A stretch of DNA of 64,000 nt, taken from Cyanophora paradoxa CCMP329 (lineage: Eukaryota > Plantae > Glaucophyta). A program made the position numbers and the translations under genes. The notes beneath the pieces were generated by a model. That model was given only the letters and a program-made list of their open reading frames with translations. It had not been told where the DNA came from and did not search any database. The first letter of the stretch is position 1; each line of letters starts with the position of its first letter. This document shows, one piece after another, positions 43,636 through 55,600 of the stretch. The stretch covers positions 124,001-188,000 of the forward strand of contig QPMI01000010.1 in the NCBI GenBank assembly GCA_004431415.1, in the 5' to 3' direction.

Positions 43636-46600
43636 TCACGGCCAGTCTGCGGCGAGCGCCGGGGCGTCAGCGGCCCGAGAGGGATGCATGCAGGGGGAGG
43701 GGAGCGGCGCCGCGCACAGAAGCCGGGCCCCGGCGTCTCCTCGCCGCCCTTTTCGACGCGCTTTGTGGCCATACTGAACGCCGGCCCGCTGGGGTCCGCG
43801 GGGGTACCGTACGCCCCCGGCCTGCCGTGACGTCACGACCATGCAGAGCATTTAAGAGACAAACAGGCGGAGCGTACCCCGGAGTGGGATCGGTCTGGCC
43901 CTCGGGATGGCGCCCCGTAATGCTGTACGCGACGCCGGGGTCCAGGGGCCAAAGGTACTGGCCGGGCCCTGGGCCGGTGTCGCCCGCGTTCGGGTCCGGC
44001 GAGCGGGCCCGGAGCGTGTACGAGGGGCCGCCCGGCGCCGCCGGCTGCCCGTACGCTCCCGGCCCCGGCACCACCTCCTTCGACGCCGGGTCGCCCGCCT
44101 TGCCCACGATCGTGTAGCTGGGCGTCGTCGGCCGCTCCTGCGGGTTGTACGCCCCTGCGCCCCCGCCGTCGGCCCTCCCGCGGCGGCGCTGGCGGCCCTG
44201 CGCCCCGCACCTGGCCCCGGCGACACGTCCGATGCGCCGCCATCCGCGTGCCGCGCCGCCATCGAGAACGCCGGCCCGCCCGGCGCCGCCGGCTGCCCGT
44301 ACGCTCCGGGCCCCGGCACCACCTCCTTCGACGCCGGTCGCCCGCCTTGCCCACGATCGTGTAGCTGGGCGTCGTCGGCCGCTCCTGCGGGTTGTACGCC
44401 CCTGCGCCCTGCCGTCGGCCCTCCCGTGGCGGCGCTGGCGGCCCTGCGCCCCGCACCTGGCCCGGCGACACGTCCGATGCGCCGCCATCCGCGTGCCGCG
44501 CCGCCATCGAGAACGCCGGCCCGCCCGGCGCCGCCGGCTGCCCGTACGCTCCGGGCCCGGCACGACCTCCTTCGACGCCGGGTCGCCCGCCTTGCCCACG
44601 ATCGTGTAGCTGGGCGTCGTCGGCCGCTCCTGCGGGTTATACGCCCCTGCGCCCCCGCCGTCGGCCCTCCCGCGGCGGCGCTGGCGGCCCTGCGCCCCGC
44701 ACCTGGCCCGGCGACACGTCCGATGCGCCGCCATCCGCGTGCCGCGCCGCCATCGAGAACGCCGGCCCGCCGGCGCCGCCGGCTGCCCGTACGCTCCGGG
44801 CCCCGGCACCACCTCCTTCGACGCCGGGTCGCCCGCCTTGCCCACGATCGTGTAGCTGGGCGTCGTCGGCCGCTCCTGCGGGTTATACGCCCTGCGCCCC
44901 GCCGTCGGCCCTCCCGCGGCGGCGCTGGCGGCCCTGCGCCCCGCACCTGGCCCCGGCGACACGTCCGATGCGCCGCCATCCGCGTGCCGCGCCGCCATCG
45001 AGAACGCCGGCCCGCCCGGCGCCGCCGGCTGCCCGTACGCTCCGGGCCCGGCACGACCTCCTTCGACGCCGGGTCGCCCGCCTTGCCCACGATCGTGTAG
45101 CTGGGCGTCGTCGGCCGCTCCTGCGGGTTGTACGCCCTGCGCCCTGCCGTCGGCCCTCCCGTGGCGGCGCTGGCGGCCCTGCGCCCGCACCTGGCCCCGG
45201 CGACACGTCCGATGCGCCGCCATCCGCGTGCCGCGCCGCCATCGAGAACGCCGGCCCGCCGGCGCCGCCGGCTGCCCGTACGCTCCCGGCCCCGGCACCA
45301 CCTCCTTCGACGCCGGGTCGCCCGCCTTGCCCACGATCGTGTAGCTGGGCGTCGTCGGCCGCTCCTGCGGGTTGTACGCCCTGCGCCCCGCCGTCGGCCC
45401 TCCGCGGCGGCGCTGGCGGCCCTGCGCCCGCACCTGGCCCCGGCGACACGTCCGATGCGCCGCCATCCGCGTGCCGCGCCGCCATCGAGAACGCCGGCCC
45501 GCCCGGCGCCGCCGGCTGCCCGTACGCTCCCGGCCCCGGCACCACCTCCTTCGACGCCGGGTCGCCCGCCTTGCCCACGATCGTGTAGCTGGGCGTCGTC
45601 GGCCGCTCCTGCGGGTTGTACGCCCCTGCGCCCCCGCCGTCGGCCCTCCCGCGGCGGCGCTGGCGGCCCTGCGCCCCGCACCTGGCCCCGGCGACACGTC
45701 CGATGCGCCGCCATCCGCGTGCCGCGCCGCCATCGAGAACGCCGGCCCGCCCGGCGCCGCCGGCTGCCCGTACGCTCCGGCCCCGGCACCACCTCCTTCG
45801 ACGCCGGGTCGCCCGCCTTGCCCACGATCGTGTAGCTGGGCGTCGTCGGCCGCTCCTGCGGGTTGTACGCCCCTGCGCCCCCGCCGTCGGCCCTCCCGCG
45901 GCGGCGCTGGCGGCCCTGCGCCCCGCACCTGGCCCCGGCGACACGTCCGATGCGCCGCCATCCGCGTGCCGCGCCGCCATCGAGAACGCCGGCCCGCCCG
46001 GCGCCGCCGGCTGCCCGTACGCTCCGGGCCCCGGCACGACCTCCTTCGACGCCGGGTCGCCCGCCTTGCCCACGATCGTGTAGCTGGGCGTCGTCGGCCG
46101 CTCCTGCGGGTTGTACGCCCCTGCGCCCCTGCCGTCGGCCCTCCCGTGGCGGCGCTGGCGGCCCTGCGCCCCGCACCTGGCCCGGCGACACGTCCGATGC
46201 GCCGCCATCCGCGTGCCGCGCCGCCATCGAGAACGCCGGCCCGCCCGGCGCCGCCGGCTGCCCGTACGCTCCGGGCCCCGGCACCACCTCCTTCGACGCC
46301 GGGTCGCCCGCCTTGCCCACGATCGTGTAGCTGGGCGTCGTCGGCCGCTCCTGCGGGTTGTACGCCCCTGCGCCCCTGCCGTCGGCCCTCCCGTGGCGGC
46401 GCTGGCGGCCCTGCGCCCCGCACCTGGCCCCGGCGACACGTCCGATGCGCCGCCATCCGCGTGCCGCGCCGCCATCGAGAACGCCGGCCCGCCCGGCGCC
46501 GCCGGCTGCCCGTACGCTCCGGGCCCGGCACGACCTCCTTCGACGCCGGGTCGCCCGCCTTGCCCACGATCGTGTAGCTGGGCGTCGTCGGCCGCTCCTG

Positions 46601-49600
46601 CGGGTTGTACGCCCCTGCGCCCCTGCCGTCGGCCCTCCCGTGGCGGCGCTGGCGGCCCTGCGCCCCGCACCTGGCCCCGGCGACACGTCCGATGCGCCGC
46701 CATCCGCGTGCCGCGCCGCCATCGAGAACGCCGGCCCGCCCGGCGCCGCCGGCTGCCCGTACGCTCCGGGCCCGGCACCACCTCCTTCGACGCCGGGTCG
46801 CCCGCCTTGCCCACGATCGTGTAGCTGGGCGTCGTCGGCCGCTCCTGCGGGTTGTACGCCCCTGCGCCCCTGCCGTCGGCCCTCCCGTGGCGGCGCTGGC
46901 GGCCCTGCGCCCCGCACCTGGCCCCGGCGACACGTCCGATGCGCCGCCATCCGCGTGCCGCGCCGCCATCGAGAACGCCGGCCCGCCCGGCGCCGCCGGC
47001 TGCCCGTACGCTCCGGGCCCCGGCACCACCTCCTTCGACGCCGGGTCGCCCGCCTTGCCCACGATCGTGTAGCTGGGCGTCGTCGGCCGCTCCTGCGGGT
47101 TGTACGCCCCTGCGCCCCTGCCGTCGGCCCTCCCGTGGCGGCGCTGGCGGCCCTGCGCCCCGCACCTGGCCCCGGCGACACGTCCGATGCGCCGCCATCC
47201 GCGTGCCGCGCCGCCATCGAGAACGCCGGCCCGCCGGCGCCGCCGGCTGCCCGTACGCTCCCGGCCCGGCACCACCTCCTTCGACGCCGGGTCGCCCGCC
47301 TTGCCCACGATCGTGTAGCTGGGCGTCGTCGGCCGCTCCTGCGGGTTGTACGCCCCTGCGCCCCCGCCGTCGGCCCTCCCGCGGCGGCGCTGGCGGCCCT
47401 GCGCCCCGCACCTGGCCCCGGCGACACGTCCGATGCGCCGCCATCCGCGTGCCGCGCCGCCATCGAGAACGCCGGCCCGCCCGGCGCCGCCGGCTGCCCG
47501 TACGCTCCCGGCCCCGGCACCACCTCCTTCGACGCCGGGTCGCCCGCCTTGCCCACGATCGTGTAGCTGGGCGTCGTCGGCCGCTCCTGCGGGTTGTACG
47601 CCCCTGCGCCCCTGCCGTCGGCCCTCCCGTGGCGGCGCTGGCGGCCCTGCGCCCCGCACCTGGCCCCGGCGACACGTCCGATGCGCCGCCATCCGCGTGC
47701 CGCGCCGCCATCGAGAACGCCGGCCCGCCCGGCGCCGCCGGCTGCCCGTACGCTCCGGGCCCCGGCACCACCTCCTTCGACGCCGGGTCGCCCGCCTTGC
47801 CCACGATCGTGTAGCTGGGCGTCGTCGGCCGCTCCTGCGGGTTGTACGCCCCTGCGCCCCTGCCGTCGGCCCTCCCGTGGCGGCGCTGGCGGCCCTGCGC
47901 CCCGCACCTGGCCCCGGCGACACGTCCGATGCGCCGCCATCCGCGTGCCGCGCCGCCATCGAGAACGCCGGCCCGCCCGGCGCCGCCGGCTGCCCGTACG
48001 CTCCGGGCCCCGGCACCACCTCCTTCGACGCCGGGTCGCCCGCCTTGCCCACGATCGTGTAGCTGGGCGTCGTCGGCCGCTCCTGCGGGTTGTACGCCCC
48101 TGCGCCCCGCCGTCGGCCCTCCCGCGGCGGCGCTGGCGGCCCTGCGCCCGCACCTGGCCCCGGCGACACGTCCGATGCGCCGCCATCCGCGTGCCGCGCC
48201 GCCATCGAGAACGCCGGCCCGCCCGGCGCCGCCGGCTGCCCGTACGCTCCCGGCCCCGGCACCACCTCCTTCGACGCCGGGTCGCCCGCCTTGCCCACGA
48301 TCGTGTAGCTGGGCGTCGTCGGCCGCTCCTGCGGGTTGTACGCCCCTGCACCCCCGCCGTCGGCCCTCCCGCGGCGGCGCTGGCGGCCCTGCGCCCGCAC
48401 CTGGCCCGGCGACACGTCCGATGCGCCGCCATCCGCGTGCCGCGCCGCCATCGAGAACGCCGGCCCGCCCGGCGCCGCCGGCTGCCCGTACGCTCCGGGC
48501 CCGGCACCACCTCCTTCGACGCCGGGTCGCCCGCCTTGCCACGATCGTGTAGCTGGGCGTCGTCGGCCGCTCCTGCGGGTTGTACGCCCCTGCGCCCCCG
48601 CCGTCGGCCCTCCTCGGCGGCGCTGGCGGCCCTGCGCCCGCACCTGGCCCCGGCGACACGTCCGATGCGCCGCCATCCGCGTGCCGCGCCGCCATCGAGA
48701 ACGCCGGCCCGCCCGGCGCCGCCGGCTGCCCGTACGCTCCCGGCCCGGCACGACCTCCTTCGACGCCGGGTCGCCCGCCTTGCCCACGATCGTGTAGCTG
48801 GGCGTCGTCGGCCGCTCCTGCGGGTTGTACGCCCCTGCGCCCCCGCCGTCGGCCCTCCCGCGGCGGCGCTGGCGGCCCTGCGCCCCGCACCTGGCCCCGG
48901 CGACACGTCCGATGCGCCGCCATCCGCGTGCCGCGCCGCCATCGAGTACGCCGGCCCGCCCGGCGCCGCCGGCTGCCCGTACGCTCCGGGCCCCGGCACC
49001 ACCTCCTTCGACGCCGGGTCGCCCGCCTTGCCCACGATCGTGTAGCTGGGCGTCGTCGGCCGCTCCTGCGGGTTGTACGCCCCTGCGCCCCCGCCGTCGG
49101 CCCTCCCGCGGCGGCGCTGGCGGCCCTGCGCCCCGCACCTGGCCCCGGCGACACGTCCGATGCGCCGCCATCTGCGTGCCGCGCCGCCATCGAGAACGCC
49201 GGCCCGCCCGGCGCCGCCGGCTGCCCGTACGCTCCGGGCCCCGGCACGACCTCCTTCGACGCCGGATCGCCCGCCTTGCCCACGATCGTGTAGCTGGGCG
49301 TCGTCGGCCGCTCCTGCGGGTTGTACGCCCCTGCGCCCCCGCCGTCGGCCCTCCCGCGGCGGCGCTGGCGGCCCTGCGCCCCGCACCTGGCCCCGGCGAC
49401 ACGTCCGATGCGCCGCCATCCGCATGCCGCGCCGCCATCGAGAACGCCGGCCCGCCCGGCGCCGCCGGCTGCCCGTACGCTCCGGGCCCCGGCACGACCT
49501 CCTTCGACGCCGGGTCGCCCGCCTTGCCCACGAGAGTGAACGCCGGAGCCCCGCTCTTGTCGTTCGGGTTGTACGCCCCTGCGCCCAGCCGCGTCAACGG

Positions 49601-52600
49601 AAATCCTCGACAGCTCTTTTCTCGCCCAAGCCACGTACCCGGCCCAGGCGACAGATCCGTCGACCCCGTGTCGACGTATCGCGCCGCCATCGAGTACGCC
49701 GGCCCGCCCGGCGCCGCCGGCTGCCCGTACGCTCCGGGCCCCGGCACGACCTCCTTCGACGCCGGGTCGCCCGCCTTGCCCACGAGAGTGAACGCCGGAG
49801 CCCCGCTCTTGTCGTTCGGGTTGTACGCCCCTGCGCCCAGCCGCGTCAACGGAAATCCCCAACAGCTCTCTACCCGCCGCAGCCACGTACCCGGCCCAGG
49901 CGACAGATCCGTCGACCCCGTGTCGACGTATCGCGCCGCCATCGAGTACGCGGGCCCGCCCGGCGCCGCCGGCTGCCCGTACGCTCCGGGCCCCGGCACG
50001 ACCTCCTTCGACGCCGGGTCGCCCGCCTTGCCCACGAGGGTGAACGCCGGAGCCCCGCTCTTGTCGTTCGGGTTGTACGCCCCTGCGCCCAGCCGCGTCA
50101 ACGGAAATCCCCAACAGCTCTCTACCCGCCGCAGCTGCGTACCCGGCCCAGGCGACAGATCCGTCGACCCCGTGTCGACGTACCGCGCCGCCATCGAGTA
50201 CGCCGGCCCGCCCGGTGCCGCCGGCTGCCCGTACGCTCCGGGCCCCGGCACGACCTCCTTCGACGCCGGGTCGCCCGCCTTGCCCACGAGAGTGAACGCC
50301 GGAGCCCCGCTCTTGTCGTTCGGGTTGTACGCCCCTGCGCCCAGCCGCGTCAACGGAATTGCCCAACCGCTCTTTCCCCGCCGCAGCTGCGCACCCGGCC
50401 CAGGCGACAGATCCGTCGACCCCGTGTCGACGTATCGCGCCGCCATCGAGTACGCCGGCCCGCCCGGCGCCGCCGGCTGCCCGTACGCTCCGGGCCCCGG
50501 CACGACCTCCTTCGACGCCGGGTCGCCCGCCTTGCCCACGAGAGTGAACGCCGGAGCCCCGCTCTTGTCGTTCGGGTTGTACGCCCCTGCGCCCAGCCGC
50601 GTCAACGGAATTGTCCAACAGCTCTCTCCCCGCCGCAGCCGCGTACCCGGCCCAGGCGACAGATCCGTCGACCCCGTGTCGACGTATCGCGCCGCCATCG
50701 AGTACGCCGGCCCGCCCGGCGCCGCCGGCTGCCCGTACGCCCCCGGCCCTGGCACGACCTCCTTCGACGCCGGGTCGCCCGCCTTGCCCACGAGAGTGAA
50801 CGCCGGAGCCCCGCTCTTGTCGTTCGGGTTGTACGCCCCTGCGCCCAGCCGCGTCAACGGAAATCCCCAACAGCTCTTTTCCCGCCGCAGCTGCGTACCC
50901 GGCCCAGGCGACAGATCCGTCGACCCCGTGTCGACGTATCGCGCCGCCATCGAGTACGCCGGCCCGCCAGGCGCCGCCGGCTGCCCGTACGCTCCGGGCC
51001 CCGGCACGACCTCCTTCGACGCCGGGTCGCCCGCCTTGCCCACGAGAGTGAACGCCGGAGCCCCGCTCTTGTCATTCGGGTTGTACGCCCCTGCGCCCAG
51101 CCGCGTCAACGGAAATCCCCAACAGCTCTCTCCCCGCCGCAGCTGCGTACCCGGCCCAGGCGACAGATCCGTCGACCCCGTGTCGACGTATCGCGCCGCC
51201 ATCGAGTACGCCGGCCCGCCCGGCGCCGCCGGCTGCCCGTACGCCCCCGGCCCTGGCACGACCTCCTTCGACGCCGGGTCGCCCGCCTTGCCCACGAGAG
51301 TGAACGCCGGAGCCCCGCTCTTGTCGTTCGGGTTGTACGCCCCTGCGCCCAGCCGCGTCAACGGAAATCCTCGACAGCTCTCTCCCCGCCGCAGCTGCGT
51401 ACCCGGCCCAGGCGACAGATCCGTCGACCCCGTGTCGACGTATCGCGCCGCCATCGAGTACGCCGGCCCGCCAGGCGCGGCTGGCTGCCCGTACGCTCCG
51501 GGCCCCGGCACGACCTCCTTCGACGCCGGGTCGCCCGCCTTGCCCACAAGTGTGTAGGCCGGAGTCCCTGGCCTCTGGACGGGGTTGTACGCCCCTGCGC
51601 CCAGCCGCGTTAACGGACTTGCCCAACCGCTCTTTCCCCGCCGCAGCCGCGTACCCGGCCCAGGCGACAGATCCGTCGACCCCGTGTCGACGTATCGCGC
51701 CGCCATCGAGTACGCCGGCCCGCCCGGCGCCGCCGGCTGCCCGTACGCCCCCGGCCCTGGCACGACCTCCTTCGACGCCGGGTCGCCCGCCTTGCCCACG
51801 AGAGTGAACGCCGGAGCCCCGCTCTTGTCGTTCGGGTTGTACGCCCCTGCGCCCAGCCGCGTCAACGGAAATCCTCGACAGCTCTTTTCCCGCCGCAGCT
51901 GCGTACCCGGCCCAGGCGACAGATCCGTCGACCCCGTGTCGACGTATCGCGCCGCCATCGAGTACGCCGGCCCGCCAGGCGCCGCCGGCTGCCCGTACGC
52001 TCCGGGCCCCGGCACGACCTCCTTCGACGCCGGGTCGCCCGCCTTGCCCACGAGAGTGAACGCCGGAGCCCCGCTCTTGTCGTTCGGGTTGTACGCCCCT
52101 GCGCCCAGCCGCGTCAACGGAAATCCCCAACAGCTCTCTCCCCGCCGCAGCCACGTACCCGGCCCAGGCGACAGATCCGTCGACCCCGTGTCGACGTATC
52201 GCGCCGCCATCGAGTACGCCGGCCCGCCCGGCGCCGCCGGCTGCCCGTACGCCCCCGGCCCCGGCACGACCTCCTTCGACGCCGGGTCGCCCGCCTTGCC
52301 CACGAGAGTGAACGCCGGAGCCCCGCTCTTGTCGTTCGGGTTGTACGCCCCTGCGCCCAGCCGCGTCAACGGAAATCCTCGACAGCTCTCTACCCGCCGC
52401 AGCTGCGTACCCGGCCCAGGCGACAGATCCGTCGACCCCGTGTCGACGTATCGCGCCGCCATCGAGTACGCCGGCCCGCCAGGCGCGGCTGGCTGCCCGT
52501 ACGCTCCGGGCCCCGGCACGACCTCCTTCGACGCCGGGTCGCCCGCCTTGCCCACGAGAGTGAACGCCGGAGCCCCGCTCTTGTCGTTCGGGTTGTACGC

Positions 52601-55600
52601 CCCTGCGCCCAGCCGCGTCAACGGAAATCCTCGACAGCTCTCTACCCGCCGCAGCTGCGTACCCGGCCCAGGCGACAGATCCGTCGACCCCGTGTCGACG
52701 TATCGCGCCGCCATCGAGTACGCCGGCCCGCCCGGCGCCGCCGGCTGCCCGTACGCCCCCGGCCCCGGCACGACCTCCTTCGACGCCGGGTCGCCCGCCT
52801 TGCCCACGAGAGTGAACGCCGGAGCCCCGCTCTTGTCATTCGGGTTGTACGCCCCTGCGCCCAGCCGCGTCAACGGAAATCCCCAACAGCTCTCTCCCCG
52901 CCGCAGCTGCGTACCCGGCCCAGGCGACAGATCCGTCGACCCCGTGTCGACGTATCGCGCCGCCATCGAGTACGCCGGCCCGCCCGGCGCCGCCGGCTGC
53001 CCGTACGCCCCCGGCCCTGGCACGACCTCCTTCGACGCCGGGTCGCCCGCCTTGCCCACGAGAGTGAACGCCGGAGCCCCGCTCTTGTCGTTCGGGTTGT
53101 ACGCCCCTGCGCCCAGCCGCGTCAACGCAAATCCTCGACAGCTCTCTCCCCGCCGCAGCTGCGTACCCGGCCCAGGCGACAGATCCGTCGACCCCGTGTC
53201 GACGTATCGCGCCGCCATCGAGTACGCCGGCCCGCCAGGCGGCGCCGGCTGCCCGTACGCTCCGGGCCCCGGCACGACCTCCTTCGACGCCGGGTCGCCC
53301 GCCTTGCCCACAAGTGTGTAGGCCGGAGTCCCTGGCCTCTGGACGGGGTTGTACGCCCCTGCGCCCAGCCGCGTTAACGGACTTGCCCAACCGCTCTTTC
53401 CCCGCCGCAGCCGCGTACCCGGCCCAGGCGACAGATCCGTCGACCCCGTGTCGACGTATCGCGCCGCCATCGAGTACGCCGGCCCGCCAGGCGCCGCCGG
53501 CTGCCCGTACGCCCCCGGCCCTGGCACGACCTCCTTCGACGCCGGGTCGCCCGCCTTGCCCACGAGAGTGAATGCCGGAGCCCCGCTCTTGTCGTTCGGG
53601 TTGTACGCCCCTGCGCCCAGCCGCGTCAACGGAAATCCTCGACAGCTCTCTCCCCGCCGCAGCTGCGTACCCGGCCCAGGCGACAGATCCGTCGACCCCG
53701 TGTCGACGTATCGCGCCGCCATCGAGTACGCCGGCCCGCCCGGCGCCGCCGGCTGCCCGTACGCCCCCGGCCCCGGCACGACCTCCTTCGACGCCGGGTC
53801 GCCCGCCTTGCCCACGAGAGTGAACGCCGGAGCCCCGCTCTTGTCGTTCGGGTTGTACGCCCCTGCGCCCAGCCGCGTCAACGGAAATCCCCAACAGCTC
53901 TCTCCCCGCCGCAGCTGCGTACCCGGCCCAGGCGACAGATCCGTCGACCCCGTGTCGACGTATCGCGCCGCCATCGAGTACGCCGGCCCGCCCGGCGCCG
54001 CCGGCTGCCCGTACGCCCCCGGCCCTGGCACGACCTCCTTCGACGCCGGGTCGCCCGCCTTGCCCACGAGAGTGAACGCCGGAGCCCCGCTCTTGTCGTT
54101 CGGGTTGTACGCCCCTGCGCCCAGCCGCGTCAACGGAAATCCTCGACAGCTCTCTCCCCGCCGCAGCTGCGTACCCGGCCCAGGCGACAGATCCGTCGAC
54201 CCCGTGTCGACGTATCGCGCCGCCATCGAGTACGCCGGCCCGCCCGGCGCCGCCGGCTGCCCGTACGCTCCGGGCCCCGGCACGACCTCCTTCGACGCCG
54301 GGTCGCCCGCCTTGCCCACGAGAGTGAACGCCGGAGCCCCGCTCTTGTCGTTCGGGTTGTACGCCCCTGCGCCCAGCCGCGTCAACGGAAATCCCCAACA
54401 GCTCTCTCCCCGCCGCAGCCACGTACCCGGCCCAGGCGACAGATCCGTCGACCCGTGTCGACGTATCGCGCCGCCATCGAGTACGCGGGCCCGCCCGGCG
54501 CCGCCGGCTGCCCGTACGCCCCGGCCCCGGCACGACCTCCTTCGACGCCGGGTCGCCCGCCTTGCCCACGAGAGTGAACGCCGGAGCCCCGCTCTTGTCG
54601 TTCGGGTTGTACGCCCCTGCGCCCAGCCGCGTCAACGGAAATCCTCGACAGCTCTCTACCCGCCGCAGCTGCGTACCCGGCCCAGGCGACAGATCCGTCG
54701 ACCCCGTGTCGACGTATCGCGCCGCCATCGAGTACGCCGGCCCGCCAGGCGCGGCTGGCTGCCCGTACGCTCCGGGCCCCGGCACGACCTCCTTCGACGC
54801 CGGGTCGCCCGCCTTGCCCACGAGAGTGAACGCCGGAGCCCCGCTCTTGTCGTTCGGGTTGTACGCCCCTGCGCCCAGCCGCGTCAACGGAATTGTCCAA
54901 CAGCTCTCTCTCCGCCGCAGCCACGTACCCGGCCCAGGCGACAGATCCGTCGACCCCGTGTCGACGTATCGCGCCGCCATCGAGTACGCCGGCCCGCCAG
55001 GCGCCGCCGGCTGCCCGTACGCTCCGGGCCCCGGCACGACCTCCTTCGACGCCGGGTCGCCCGCCTTGCCCACGAGAGTGAACGCCGGAGCCCCGCTCTT
55101 GTCGTTCGGGTTGTACGCCCCTGCGGCCCATCGTTAGACCGCCATTCAACCCCCCGTCGATGCCAGCGCGCGCTGACCTGGCCCTGGTCCCGTGTCGCTG
55201 GCGCCTGGGTCGGCCGTCCTGTGCGCCATGCTGAACGCGGGCCCGGGCGACGGCGCTCCGACCGCGTATGCGCCGGGGCCCGGCACGACCTCCTTCGACG
55301 CTGGGTCCGGCGCCTTTCCGAGCAGAGTGTACGCGGGCGTGCCGGGCCTCTCGAGCGGGTTGTACGCCCCTGCGGCCCATCGTTAGACTGCGATTCAATC
55401 CTCCGTCGATGCCAGCTCGCGCTGACCTGGCCCTGGTCCAGTGTCGCTGGCGCCTGTGTCAGCCGTCCTGTGCGCCATGCTGAACGCGGGCCCGGGCGAC
55501 GGCGCTCCGACCGCGTATGCGCCGGGGCCCGGCACGACCTCCTTCGACGCTGGGTCCGGCGCCTTTCCGAGCAGAGTGTACGCGGGCGTGCCGGGCCTCT

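Noticed and set aside
43963-49000. Single-base indels in block A exons (and near 54450-54520) as pseudogenisation or programmed frameshifting
   Set aside because: They are scattered 1-nt losses in G/C homopolymers within near-identical repeats, typical of unpolished long-read consensus. Raw reads are needed to exclude real mutations.
43667-54385. The 3572-aa ORF, and the 1857- and 1995-aa overlapping ORFs, as literal proteins
   Set aside because: They read through GT-AG introns. In block A the SHIPPO peptide rotates through all three frames, as expected for 56-nt introns in stop-poor GC-rich DNA.
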